DNA from: a virus
Lineage: Duplodnaviria; Caudoviricetes
DNA length: 64,000 nt
IMG/VR virus record: IMGVR_UViG_3300033067_000991
Span: 1,338-65,337 of that record
Reading direction: 5' to 3' (one strand)
Shown piece by piece: positions 44,200 to 52,449 of the stretch. How positions within the stretch are numbered: position 1 is the stretch's first letter; the number at the start of each line of letters is the position of its first letter. The notes beneath the pieces are model-generated. The model was given only the letters and a program-made list of their open reading frames with translations. It searched no databases and had not been told where the DNA came from. The position numbers and the translations under genes were made by a program.

Positions 44200-46679
44200 C
44201 CCTGATACTCCTTGCCCTTCACGAGCCGATCACTCTCGGCCTGGATGCGCTCGCCGGGCGAATGTTGAGCACGCGCGGCAATCTCGGCGCGGGCCATGGC
44301 GTCCTGGCGCATGATGTCGGCGCGGGCCTTGGCGTCCTCACGGGCTTGCTTGGCCTGCGCCTCCGAGTCCTTGCGGGCTTGCTCACGCTCTTGCTGTTGC
44401 GCGGCCAGGGTGATATCCATCCGGTCCCGCTGCGCTTGCTGGTCGGCCTGCATGGCTTGCCCCTGAGCTTCGGCTTGCAGCGCCTGTTGCGCTTGCATGG
44501 CCTGGAGGGCTTGTTGCTGGGCCTGCATGACTTGGGCGGATTGGGCCGCCATCACGCTAATCTGGTAGTCCATTTCCGGCGGCAACTCGGGCTGCTCGTC
44601 GGCTTCGCGTTCGGCACTAGTCTGGTCCAGCGTCAACGGCGGGGGCAGGGCCAATCCCATCGCCTGCTGCATTTGCAGTCGATAGGTCCAGGCCAGGTGC
44701 TCACCGACATGCGCCATGTGCGCGGCCTGGAGCATTTGCTGATACTCGGGCGGCAGGCCGGCAAACCATTGTTGATGCACGAGGATGTGCGCCTGGTGCT
44801 CTTGGTCGGGGTAAACCTTGATGGGCTTGCCCAGCAGTAGCGCCATGTTCTCTTCGATGGGCTCGCGGCGCGGCACATCGTCAATGTCCGGCATCAGCGC
44901 GTCGATATCCGCCACGCGCAGGGCTTCCAGGAGCGTCTTATGCACCAGCTTGCGGTCGTACAGGTCCGGCGCTTGCTGGCTCAGTTGCAGTACCGCTTGG
45001 GCCTGGGCGATCCTCTGCACGTTGCTGACAATGTTGGGATCACTGACCGGCAGCACATCTACCCGCCCGTCGAAGTCTTCGCGCAGCGTGAAGGCGTCGT
45101 CGCCTTCGATGGCGTAGGGATAGCGCTCCGGCATCCACTCGTGGTTCAGGTCATGAACCAAGCGGAACTCTTGCGAATTGGCCTGGTGCAAGCGCTTGTG
45201 GATGGCGCTAAAAATCTTGCTGCCCTGCTCGATCAGAGCCAGGGTCGTACCGACCGGGCCGGTATTGTTGCTCTCGCCCACCATGGCTTCGGTCGTGCTG
45301 GCGAAACGCTGGCCGGCATCGGTCAGGACGCCAAGCAGTTCCAGCAGGGTTTTGCTTGGCTCCTTATAGGGTAGGGGATAGAAGGCTTTGGCTAACTCCT
45401 CGGCCGTGCTGTCCACCTCGATCCAGTCGCCCGGTCCCGGCGTCTTGGTCCCGCCCGGTATGCGCGAGTCGCGGGAGCGATAGCCGGCTGGCAAATTGGC
45501 GAAGTTCGCCGCGTCCAGCAGCGCCCGGAGCGCCCCAGTAGCGGCATCGGACAGCGAGCCTATCGCATGCAGGAAGCCCAAGCCATAGAAGCCCAGGCCC
45601 GGCAGGAAGCGCTTATGGACAAAGTGTTGGCGCGGCTTCCGGTCCCCGTCATCCTCATGCCAGTTGCGTCGAATAGCGTGGACATGCAGCGTGTCCCGGT
45701 CCACGGTGATGATATAAGGCAGGGGAATGCCGTCGTCGCTCTCGAAGCCAGGGATGTCCAGCCGGCAGTAGCACTCCAGGGTGGTATGCCGGTCGTCGTC
45801 GATGGCCACGCTCACCCGCTGGCGGCCCTCGACGCTCTCAATCTCCTCGCGCACCGCCGGATAGTCCAGGTTCTCATTGACACGCGTCAGCGGATAGTCG
45901 GAATCCCTGTATAAGCCAGTCGCCATCTTGCGCTTGACCACCGCGGGCTCCTCGAACTGCCTGTGGGTGTAGCGTACCGCCGTCCGCAAGTCGGTGGCCG
46001 AGTAGGGCACGATGAAGTCACTGGGCTCGACCATCGTGCTCACAACCTGCTTTTCCAGCGGGTCATAGGCCACTTTTTTGAACACGCTGCCGGACAGCGG
46101 CAGGCGGAACAGCAGCCGGTCCTCTTCCTCGAATGCCGAAGGCATCAGGGCCGTGTACTGATAGTTCATGTACGATTCGACCCGCTGCGCCTGGGCGAGC
46201 TTGTCTTCGTCGGGCTTGCCGAGCACCGCCGTGCGCACTGGTCCGGTCGCCGGCCACAGCTCCGCGATAGCGCGGGCCGCGAATTGTGCGCAAGCCTCCA
46301 TCAATAAGGGGTGCGTGACGCGCGAAGCCCCCTTGAAATCCGCGCCGCCGTAGGTCTTTTCCGATATCCCCAGCGCCTGGATACCCATCACCTCACGGTC
46401 TGACCAGTCCTGTCGGGCCTCCTCGTCCCACTCGACCCAGCGTACTACGTCCTGGGCTATTTTGAGCAGGTGCCGGTCCTTTAGGTGTTCGGCCAGATTG
46501 GCGTAGTGGTCCGATTTGTCGCCCTTGGCCTGCTGGTAGCGGTTGAGCGCCGATGATTCGTCTTCGGTCAGCCCGTCCGGGCCTACCGCTTCCACCATCG
46601 CCAGAATGGCGTCGATGGGCTGACCATCCTGCTCGTCAGCGCCATCAATCAGCATGTCGTCGTCAGCGGGTGCGAGCAT
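44196..46679 (-). CDS. Portal protein
   Basis: 827 aa after terL; GAS.VTHPLL.EA, LPLSGS.FKKV, GFYGLG, PVGTTLALIEQG. Confidence 0.9.
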   Translation of the reverse strand: MLAPADDDMLIDGADEQDGQPIDAILAMVEAVGPDGLTEDESSALNRYQQAKGDKSDHYANLAEHLKDRHLLKIAQDVVRWVEWDEEARQDWSDREVMGIQALGISEKTYGGADFKGASRVTHPLLMEACAQFAARAIAELWPATGPVRTAVLGKPDEDKLAQAQRVESYMNYQYTALMPSAFEEEDRLLFRLPLSGSVFKKVAYDPLEKQVVSTMVEPSDFIVPYSATDLRTAVRYTHRQFEEPAVVKRKMATGLYRDSDYPLTRVNENLDYPAVREEIESVEGRQRVSVAIDDDRHTTLECYCRLDIPGFESDDGIPLPYIITVDRDTLHVHAIRRNWHEDDGDRKPRQHFVHKRFLPGLGFYGLGFLHAIGSLSDAATGALRALLDAANFANLPAGYRSRDSRIPGGTKTPGPGDWIEVDSTAEELAKAFYPLPYKEPSKTLLELLGVLTDAGQRFASTTEAMVGESNNTGPVGTTLALIEQGSKIFSAIHKRLHQANSQEFRLVHDLNHEWMPERYPYAIEGDDAFTLREDFDGRVDVLPVSDPNIVSNVQRIAQAQAVLQLSQQAPDLYDRKLVHKTLLEALRVADIDALMPDIDDVPRREPIEENMALLLGKPIKVYPDQEHQAHILVHQQWFAGLPPEYQQMLQAAHMAHVGEHLAWTYRLQMQQAMGLALPPPLTLDQTSAEREADEQPELPPEMDYQISVMAAQSAQVMQAQQQALQAMQAQQALQAEAQGQAMQADQQAQRDRMDITLAAQQQEREQARKDSEAQAKQAREDAKARADIMRQDAMARAEIAARAQHSPGERIQAESDRLVKGKEYQG

Positions 46680-46681
46680 GG

Positions 46682-48181
46682 TTATCCGTACAGTTTTCTG
46701 CGTGGCGCGGGTTGGTCGTCTGAATCTTCGGCTGGTGCATCAGGGAAATAGATCACTTTGTCGTCCGGGTGTTCGACCCACCAGCTGTTGCGTAGGTACA
46801 AGAGCGCTTGGGTCACGGTATCGGTGTAATCCGAAGATGGCGGGGCGCCAGAAGGAAACTGCGCAACCGACTCAATCAGTTGCTCCGCCCAGCGCCGGTC
46901 GGGCGCCCAGACTTGCCCGGCCTCCAGCATCGCCTGCACGCTGTAGGCGCGGGTGATCTTGTCCTTGTCCGGGTTGTAGGTGCGGACCCGGACGCTCGGG
47001 ATGCGCCGCAGGTCTTGTATTAGAGACTGGCCGCTGGCCTTCTTTTCGATCAAGTGGCAGTCCGGCTGTAGCTCTTTGTCCAAGTCCCGCGCCTTGCGCC
47101 GCAGGTCCGGATAGTCGATCTGGCCATGCCAGGCGCGGAGTAGCAGCAGCGCGTGCCGGGCCTCTTGCTCGTCGTACCAGACGCCCCAAGCGGTCATCGC
47201 CGAATAGCTGTTGTCGCGATAGCCCTTGTCGCTGTAGGCCGTATCCCACGATAGAAATACATGCTCGCACTTGGGTAGCGGCTTGCCCTCGGGCCAGATG
47301 CGCCACCAATCCCGCTTGAGGATGTTGCCGCCATCGACAGTGGGCGATTGCTGGTACAGCGCCGCCCAGTTGCGCGAATCGCGCCGGGCCTGCTGGATCA
47401 TGTCGGGAGTGAACCACTCCGGCCAGAGCTGTTCGCCTTTCGCCCTGCCAAGGGGGTCGTTATCGCCCGCAATCATCGGCAGCGAGACGATTTCCCATTG
47501 CTCGCCCCCGTGCCGCTGGTCTTCCAGGAGCCGCCCGGCCAGGTCGTCGACGTGCCAGCGGGTCATGATCAGGACTATCGCCCCGTGCGGCTTGAGGCGG
47601 GTCTTAAGGTCCGCTACATACCAATCCCAGGTCTTTTGTCTAACCCGCTCCGAGTCCGCGTCCTCACGGGAGCGCACCACGTCATCCAGGATCACGATAT
47701 CAGCACGGCGACCGGTTACTGAGCCGCCCACGCCCGCCGCGAAATAGCCACCACCAGCGGCTGTATCCCAGCGGCCGGCGGCCTGGCTGTCGTCTGAGAG
47801 CGTCGCGCCGGGGAATAGGCGCCCATACTCGGGTGACTTGCAGAGATTGCGCACCCGGCGACCAAAGCTCTCGGCCAGCTCCGCGGTATGTGAGGCCGCG
47901 ATGATTTGCTTGCTGGGATTGCGCCCGAGATACCACGAGGGGTAAAGCACTGAAGCATAACTCGATTTTGCTGCCCCTGGCGGCATAAAAAGCATCAAGC
48001 GCTTGATGTCGCCCCGCTCGACCGCCTCCAGCTTGTCGATGATTAGGTGGTGATGGCGGGCCGGGACAAAGCCGAGGTCAAGATATTCAGTGTACGACGC
48101 CAGCTTCCCGCGAGCTTGGCGCCTGGCTAATAGCTCCTGCGCGGCTGAGAATGGCGATGAGTTCGTCGTCTGAGAGTTCAC
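46682..48181 (-). CDS. terL: Terminase large subunit
   Basis: MPPGAAKS Walker A, GRRADIVILDD, IMTRWH.DDL, SWDTAY, DYTDTVTQAL. Confidence 0.96.
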   Translation of the reverse strand: MNSQTTNSSPFSAAQELLARRQARGKLASYTEYLDLGFVPARHHHLIIDKLEAVERGDIKRLMLFMPPGAAKSSYASVLYPSWYLGRNPSKQIIAASHTAELAESFGRRVRNLCKSPEYGRLFPGATLSDDSQAAGRWDTAAGGGYFAAGVGGSVTGRRADIVILDDVVRSREDADSERVRQKTWDWYVADLKTRLKPHGAIVLIMTRWHVDDLAGRLLEDQRHGGEQWEIVSLPMIAGDNDPLGRAKGEQLWPEWFTPDMIQQARRDSRNWAALYQQSPTVDGGNILKRDWWRIWPEGKPLPKCEHVFLSWDTAYSDKGYRDNSYSAMTAWGVWYDEQEARHALLLLRAWHGQIDYPDLRRKARDLDKELQPDCHLIEKKASGQSLIQDLRRIPSVRVRTYNPDKDKITRAYSVQAMLEAGQVWAPDRRWAEQLIESVAQFPSGAPPSSDYTDTVTQALLYLRNSWWVEHPDDKVIYFPDAPAEDSDDQPAPRRKLYG

Positions 48182-48422
48182 GGTGGTTGTAGGTGTGCGA
48201 CTCTACCTTCACATCGCGCGGCAATAGCTTGCTCACCAGTCCCAAAAAGGCGGTGGGATTTTCTCTTGCTTGTTCAACGAGATACGCTTGACCGCCGACA
48301 TCGCCAAGCGCCCCGAGAATCATTTCCTTCAGCTCTTTATGGAGCGTGTTGCCGCTCCCCTTCTGCCTCCCACCGGTTTTGGGCAGACCCTTCGGCCTAC
48401 CCGGTTGCCCAGGTCCAGCCAT
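48087..48422 (-). CDS. terS: Terminase small subunit
   Basis: KTGGRQKGS.N..LKEMILGAL; ELSDDEL. Confidence 0.85.
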   Translation of the reverse strand: MAGPGQPGRPKGLPKTGGRQKGSGNTLHKELKEMILGALGDVGGQAYLVEQARENPTAFLGLVSKLLPRDVKVESHTYNHRELSDDELIAILSRAGAISQAPSSREAGVVH

Positions 48423-48457
48423 TTTCTTTGATTTCCGTAACAGATTTCATAAAGCAC

Positions 48458-48492
48458 AAAAAAATCCCGCCGAAACAATCGCTTGGGCGGGA
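48458..48492 (-). terminator. tR'-like terminator between late promoter and terS
   Basis: Minus strand TCCCGCC-14 nt-GGCGGGA then T7. Confidence 0.75.
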
Positions 48493-48511
48493 CTCACCTA
48501 GTTTGGGAAAA

Positions 48512-48540
48512 AGCGTACAGAAATCTGTAAGTTGTGTCAA
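48512..48540 (-). promoter_or_regulatory. Late (pR'-like) sigma70 promoter
   Basis: Minus strand TTGACA-17-TACGCT pointing into the terminator and terS. Confidence 0.7.
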
Positions 48541-48583
48541 GCGTGTGCCGAAGATTTTTTCAAGCATATGGGCCAAAAAACGC

Positions 48584-48612
48584 TTGACAAGTAGGCGCAT
48601 TCCGCCTACTAT
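48584..48612 (+). promoter_or_regulatory. Strong sigma70 promoter with overlapping inverted-repeat operator
   Basis: TTGACA(48584)-17-TACTAT(48607); AGTAGGCG-cattc-CGCCTACT at 48590-48610. Confidence 0.88.
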
Positions 48613-48669
48613 ACTAACCAAGCCAGCCAATTCACGGCGAGGCGCAAACCACCGAAACGGGAGGACGAA

Positions 48670-49080
48670 ATGAACACATTCGACAAATACCCAACCCTGC
48701 AAGCCATTGCCAGCACCGGACTCGCCACGGTCCAGGCTATGCCTGCAGGTTCCTTGCGGGGCTGGCTATTTTCGCCCAGGCTGCCACATGCAGCAGACGA
48801 TTTCAAAGCTCGGGATTTTGCGGCCCGCGCAGAGCTGGAGAAGTTTCTCGCGGAGTGCGTTCGGCTGCGCGATAAGGGCGGCGACTACGACTGCCTGTTG
48901 GGCGGCTATCTTAGAAATGCAATCGCCTGCCGCGCTGAATATGGCGACGAGCCTGAAATAGTGGACTACGACGAGCCCACCCTGGCCGATACGGCTGAGT
49001 ATGTGCGGGCGCTCGAACCAGGAACGGCGGAGCTTGAGTTGCGCGGAATCTTCCGCGTTTGGTCTGAAGACCGGTCCTAA
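48670..49080 (+). CDS. Candidate anti-CRISPR/anti-defence protein 1 (136 aa, acidic)
   Basis: GGAGG SD; first gene of an aca1-terminated operon; no family recognised. Confidence 0.7.
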   Translation: MNTFDKYPTLQAIASTGLATVQAMPAGSLRGWLFSPRLPHAADDFKARDFAARAELEKFLAECVRLRDKGGDYDCLLGGYLRNAIACRAEYGDEPEIVDYDEPTLADTAEYVRALEPGTAELELRGIFRVWSEDRS

Positions 49081-49109
49081 TGCCAAGGCACAATAAGGAG
49101 GAACTTAAA

Positions 49110-49349
49110 ATGAAAACCTACACCATCACCAGCGATTTCATTACCCCCCCTATAAATCATGGGCAGACAGTCACGGTCAGCTACGGTCTAGCCGCCGATG
49201 ACGAGGCGATCATCAGGCGCACGCACGACGCCAGCGACGGCACGGTAATCTTCGAGGCGTTCGGGTATCCGCGCGGAGAACAGGACTGGGCGCCTTGGAA
49301 CGGTGAGCCTACCCTGGGCCGGAAGCTCGGGAAATGCCTGGTCGAATGA
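49110..49349 (+). CDS. Candidate anti-CRISPR/anti-defence protein 2 (79 aa)
   Basis: Start re-called after AAGGAGGAACTTAAA. Confidence 0.7.
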   Translation: MKTYTITSDFITPPINHGQTVTVSYGLAADDEAIIRRTHDASDGTVIFEAFGYPRGEQDWAPWNGEPTLGRKLGKCLVE

Positions 49350-49371
49350 CCGCCAGCAGGAGGAACCCAAA

Positions 49372-49602
49372 ATGAGCATGACAAGAGACGAAGCCATTCG
49401 TCATTTTGGCGTACGAAAGTACGCCGGAGTGACAGTCTGTGAGGCGCTTGCCCTAGCGCCATCCGCCGTCCGCAACGGGCTGCACCCAGCGGATATCACG
49501 TGGGTATCCAAATACAAGGATGTGGACTCTAACAGTGCTGTTGCGAGGCTGATGGCTCGCCATCTCGGGAATCCAGATGGCCTGATCGCCACAAGCCACT
49601 GA
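49372..49602 (+). CDS. Candidate anti-CRISPR/anti-defence protein 3 (76 aa)
   Basis: Start re-called after CAGGAGGAACCCAAA; TGATG-coupled to aca1. Confidence 0.7.
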   Translation: MSMTRDEAIRHFGVRKYAGVTVCEALALAPSAVRNGLHPADITWVSKYKDVDSNSAVARLMARHLGNPDGLIATSH

Positions 49603-49835
49603 TGACCGCCCCCGACACCCGCCACCACAACCCCGACCCCGCCTATCTCCGGGGTCTGATCGCCCGGGCCGGCCTTTCGCAACGGGAGGCGGCCCGGCGC
49701 ATCGGCGTCAGCGAGCGCGTCATGCGCCAGTATCTCGCCGACCGTGAGGCGTCTTCGGCGCTGGCGGCGCCGTATCCAGTCCAATACGCGCTGGAGCATC
49801 TAGCCCTCACTGCCCCCGCAACCCCGTCCAGATAG
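49602..49835 (+). CDS. aca1: Anti-CRISPR-associated HTH repressor, Aca1 homologue
   Basis: H.PDP.YLRGL...AG.SQR.AA...G.S.RVMR.YL and APY.VQ.ALE.LA match Pseudomonas phage Aca1 as I recall it. Confidence 0.9.
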   Translation: MTAPDTRHHNPDPAYLRGLIARAGLSQREAARRIGVSERVMRQYLADREASSALAAPYPVQYALEHLALTAPATPSR

Positions 49836-50352
49836 CGCAATCCAGCGTTGCCAGCCAGCCCCCGACATGCCGCAACACCAGGCGGTAGCGGGGGCGCCAT
49901 GTGGCGATCCACGTGGAATACTTCATGTCCACCGCTCGCGCCCGTACCGCATCCGGTACATCCCGCTCGTAGCCAGTACCCCCGCAGCGCTCACACCAGC
50001 CCCCTGCTGGGGCGTAGCGCGTACCACCGCAGTCGTGGCACGGCTCCCGGTGCAACGACTCCCACAACGCCAGCAGGGCCAGCTTACGGCACATAGGGCC
50101 ATGCTGTTGCCGGTAGTCGCGCCAGCGCTCGTGAGCGAACACCCCGGCCACTTCGACGATAGCCATGTACTGCAGCTTGTGCAGAACCGACTCATCGCCC
50201 ACGTACCGATACAGCGCCAGATATTGCGCCTCGGTCGGCAACACCGCCAGGGTGCCAGCGATTTCCGCCGGGGTCAGGTCCGGCAGTCCACCCGTCCCGC
50301 GACTGAGCGGGCAGGCTTGCGCGGTCAGCTTAGCCAGTGCGGCAGGGGTCAT
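49807..50352 (-). CDS. Late-gene antiterminator Q-like protein
   Basis: LTPAEIAGTL, C..CGG...C..CGGTG Zn finger, RARAV; last gene of the early-right operon. Confidence 0.75.
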   Translation of the reverse strand: MTPAALAKLTAQACPLSRGTGGLPDLTPAEIAGTLAVLPTEAQYLALYRYVGDESVLHKLQYMAIVEVAGVFAHERWRDYRQQHGPMCRKLALLALWESLHREPCHDCGGTRYAPAGGWCERCGGTGYERDVPDAVRARAVDMKYSTWIATWRPRYRLVLRHVGGWLATLDCAIWTGLRGQ

Positions 50353-50591
50353 ACGCTCTCATCCTCATCCCGACACTCCCCCACCATCAGCTCAATCGCC
50401 TCCCGCAGGGTCGGCCACTCGGCCGGCTCGATGCGCAGTTCGCCCGCGGCGTCTTCCCTTAACTGCCGCACGCTGACGAACTCGCCGCACGACTCATCCA
50501 TGATTCTGATCTCGGTCGCCATGGCGTGGTATATCGGCGTGCCCTCTGGCGCCACGATCAGCCCGGTAGTGCGGATTTCGTATTTCTGCAT
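50349..50591 (-). CDS. Hypothetical (nin-region) protein
   Basis: GGAG SD; ATEIRI.DE..GEFV.V.Q..I.P.EWP. Confidence 0.7.
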   Translation of the reverse strand: MQKYEIRTTGLIVAPEGTPIYHAMATEIRIMDESCGEFVSVRQLREDAAGELRIEPAEWPTLREAIELMVGECRDEDESV

Positions 50592-50794
50592 GTTTGCTCC
50601 TGTTGCGCGGACTCGATAGTATCGGCCCAGCCCCGCGCGATGTGGGCAGCGCCGGCCAATTCCCAGCCGTGCTGGGGCCATCCGTTCAGCCCGCCGTAGT
50701 AATTCATCAGCGTTGCCACTTCAGTCATGTCATCAGCCAGACGGCGTAGGCGCTGCGCGATTTCCAGGCGGCCTACGATGTGCTGCTTGCTCAT
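50558..50794 (-). CDS. Hypothetical protein
   Basis: ATGA overlap; start re-called. Confidence 0.6.
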   Translation of the reverse strand: MSKQHIVGRLEIAQRLRRLADDMTEVATLMNYYGGLNGWPQHGWELAGAAHIARGWADTIESAQQEQTCRNTKSALPG

Positions 50795-51000
50795 GACGTC
50801 GCCATTGGCTCGCACCGGCAGGCATCGACCGTCACGCCCCATGTCCCTGCAAATATCGGCTGTACTGTGCAGCCGTCATGCAGCCACTTGCCTAGCATCT
50901 GTCCGGATTCTCGGCGGTCTGTGCGCGTGTAATCCATCGCGCCCACAATCACGCCGCATCGGCACGTCGCCACAAATCCTGTTGGTTTTCTCTTCGTCAT
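50791..51000 (-). CDS. Small Cys-containing protein
   Basis: CRCG..VGA; C.C at the C-terminus. Confidence 0.6.
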   Translation of the reverse strand: MTKRKPTGFVATCRCGVIVGAMDYTRTDRRESGQMLGKWLHDGCTVQPIFAGTWGVTVDACRCEPMATS

Positions 51001-51011
51001 TGCCTTCTAGC

Positions 51012-51224
51012 TCATCGCGTCATCACGTCGTAGCGCTCGGTATTCGGATCGAGCGAGTTGTACATCACTCTCGACACGGCATACGAATAGCACTCCGCCG
51101 CCTCCTTGCGCGCCTCACCGATTTGCAGCGCCTGGGTAAAGCTCTCAGCGGTCACGATGCGCACCCTCGCGCCAAGGCAGTCGAACAGGGTAATCCGATA
51201 CTGGCCGGTCAGGTGGGCGCTCAC
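51012..51224 (-). CDS. Hypothetical protein
   Basis: Overlap-coupled in the operon. Confidence 0.55.
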   Translation of the reverse strand: MSAHLTGQYRITLFDCLGARVRIVTAESFTQALQIGEARKEAAECYSYAVSRVMYNSLDPNTERYDVMTR

Positions 51225-51448
51225 TGCTGCAATGTCTCCAGCAGCTTTTGCCGGTAGTGCCGGGCCTTGGCCTCGTCATCGCTATCCGCCTTGCGCCCGG
51301 CCCGCAGGGTGTACTTGATGAGATTGCCCTTGAGAAATCCAATCCACTCCTCCCGGGTCAGGACCGACTCCATAAGCTCCCACGGCTGCATGGGCATGCT
51401 GGTGTAGTGGTCGCCGCCGACTTGGTAGCTGTTCGCTGGTTCAGTCAT
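51221..51448 (-). CDS. DUF3310-family protein
   Basis: QVGGDHY..QPWE..GFLKGNLIKY..RAGRK. Confidence 0.9.
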   Translation of the reverse strand: MTEPANSYQVGGDHYTSMPMQPWELMESVLTREEWIGFLKGNLIKYTLRAGRKADSDDEAKARHYRQKLLETLQQ

Positions 51449-51575
51449 CGTCACGCACCCAATCCACAAACGCCGCCACCGACTGCGCCAGGCACCAGGT
51501 CATGTACAGAACGGCGCCGATGGCGAGCATGGCAATACCGATAGGCCAGATGATGAGCCGCTCCGCGTTATTCAT
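51441..51575 (-). CDS. Small membrane protein
   Basis: Single hydrophobic helix; GGAGG SD. Confidence 0.5.
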   Translation of the reverse strand: MNNAERLIIWPIGIAMLAIGAVLYMTWCLAQSVAAFVDWVRDDD

Positions 51576-51777
51576 CGCCATCCTCCACCAGTCGGACCCG
51601 CTTGGCCGTATCCATCGCGTAGCCGGCAGCCACCAGCGCCGCCCTGACCGTATCGAGCCAGTGCTCGATACCGCCGTCGCCATGCGCCGTGATGCGCACG
51701 CGCGGGACGGGATCGCCGTGGATGTAATGGCCGGATGCCTCGATAGTGAGGATGTGCGTGTTGAGTGCGGTGTTCAT
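51568..51777 (-). CDS. Hypothetical protein
   Basis: Start re-called; coupled overlap. Confidence 0.55.
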   Translation of the reverse strand: MNTALNTHILTIEASGHYIHGDPVPRVRITAHGDGGIEHWLDTVRAALVAAGYAMDTAKRVRLVEDGDE

Positions 51778-51787
51778 GGTTTGCACT

Positions 51788-52030
51788 TCAGTCCTGTTGT
51801 TGTTGGATTGAAATGTGTTGCTCGGCGCGCTGCCGGTAGGCGGCAAACGCAGCGGAACGCTGCTCATGCCCAGGCCGGCACCAGCCGCGCAGCTTCTGCG
51901 CCCAGCCGTCTTGCAGCATGGCGGCCGGCGAAAGGCAGGGGCGGCGCGTACCGGGCTTTCCCGGGCGGTGGGCGTCAAAATCCGTCATACCGGCAAACTC
52001 GTGTCCACATTGCGTGCATCCGCATTTCAT
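51788..52030 (-). CDS. Zn-finger protein (FDxHR type)
   Basis: C.C..C...F.G...FDAHR..C. Confidence 0.7.
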   Translation of the reverse strand: MKCGCTQCGHEFAGMTDFDAHRPGKPGTRRPCLSPAAMLQDGWAQKLRGWCRPGHEQRSAAFAAYRQRAEQHISIQQQQD

Positions 52031-52078
52031 ACGGCACTCCTCATGTCGAAAAACAGTGATTCGTACAGCTGGACGACA

Positions 52079-52447
52079 TCAGCGCGCCTCCCAGGTCACG
52101 ACCAGTTGCCCGCCCGGCACGGGGTCGGCCAGGTGGGCGGCGACTTCGACAACCTGGTAATCGTCCAAGTACGCCACCCCTTGCAGGGCATCCAGAGTCG
52201 GCTTGATGTGGGCATCCACGTCGGTCCTCCTCAGCGGCTTGTCAGACGCTTTTTTTCTGGCCTTGGGGTGATACGCCATGCTGACCGCAATTTCGCCATG
52301 GTGCGGCCGACAGGCGCCCGCTTGCGCGGCCAGCGCCGCAACAACTTGCTTGAACTGCCGCGCCTCTGGCGATAGCACGGTGACGTTGCGATAGGTCCGC
52401 CACATACGATTGGCGCCGGGCGAGAGGGGGAGTGTCAGGGTGGGCAT
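52079..52447 (-). CDS. rusA: RusA-like Holliday junction resolvase
   Basis: P.S.GANRMWR, RRTDVDAHIKPTLDAL.G.AYLDDYQV. Confidence 0.88.
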   Translation of the reverse strand: MPTLTLPLSPGANRMWRTYRNVTVLSPEARQFKQVVAALAAQAGACRPHHGEIAVSMAYHPKARKKASDKPLRRTDVDAHIKPTLDALQGVAYLDDYQVVEVAAHLADPVPGGQLVVTWEAR

Positions 52448-52449
52448 GG

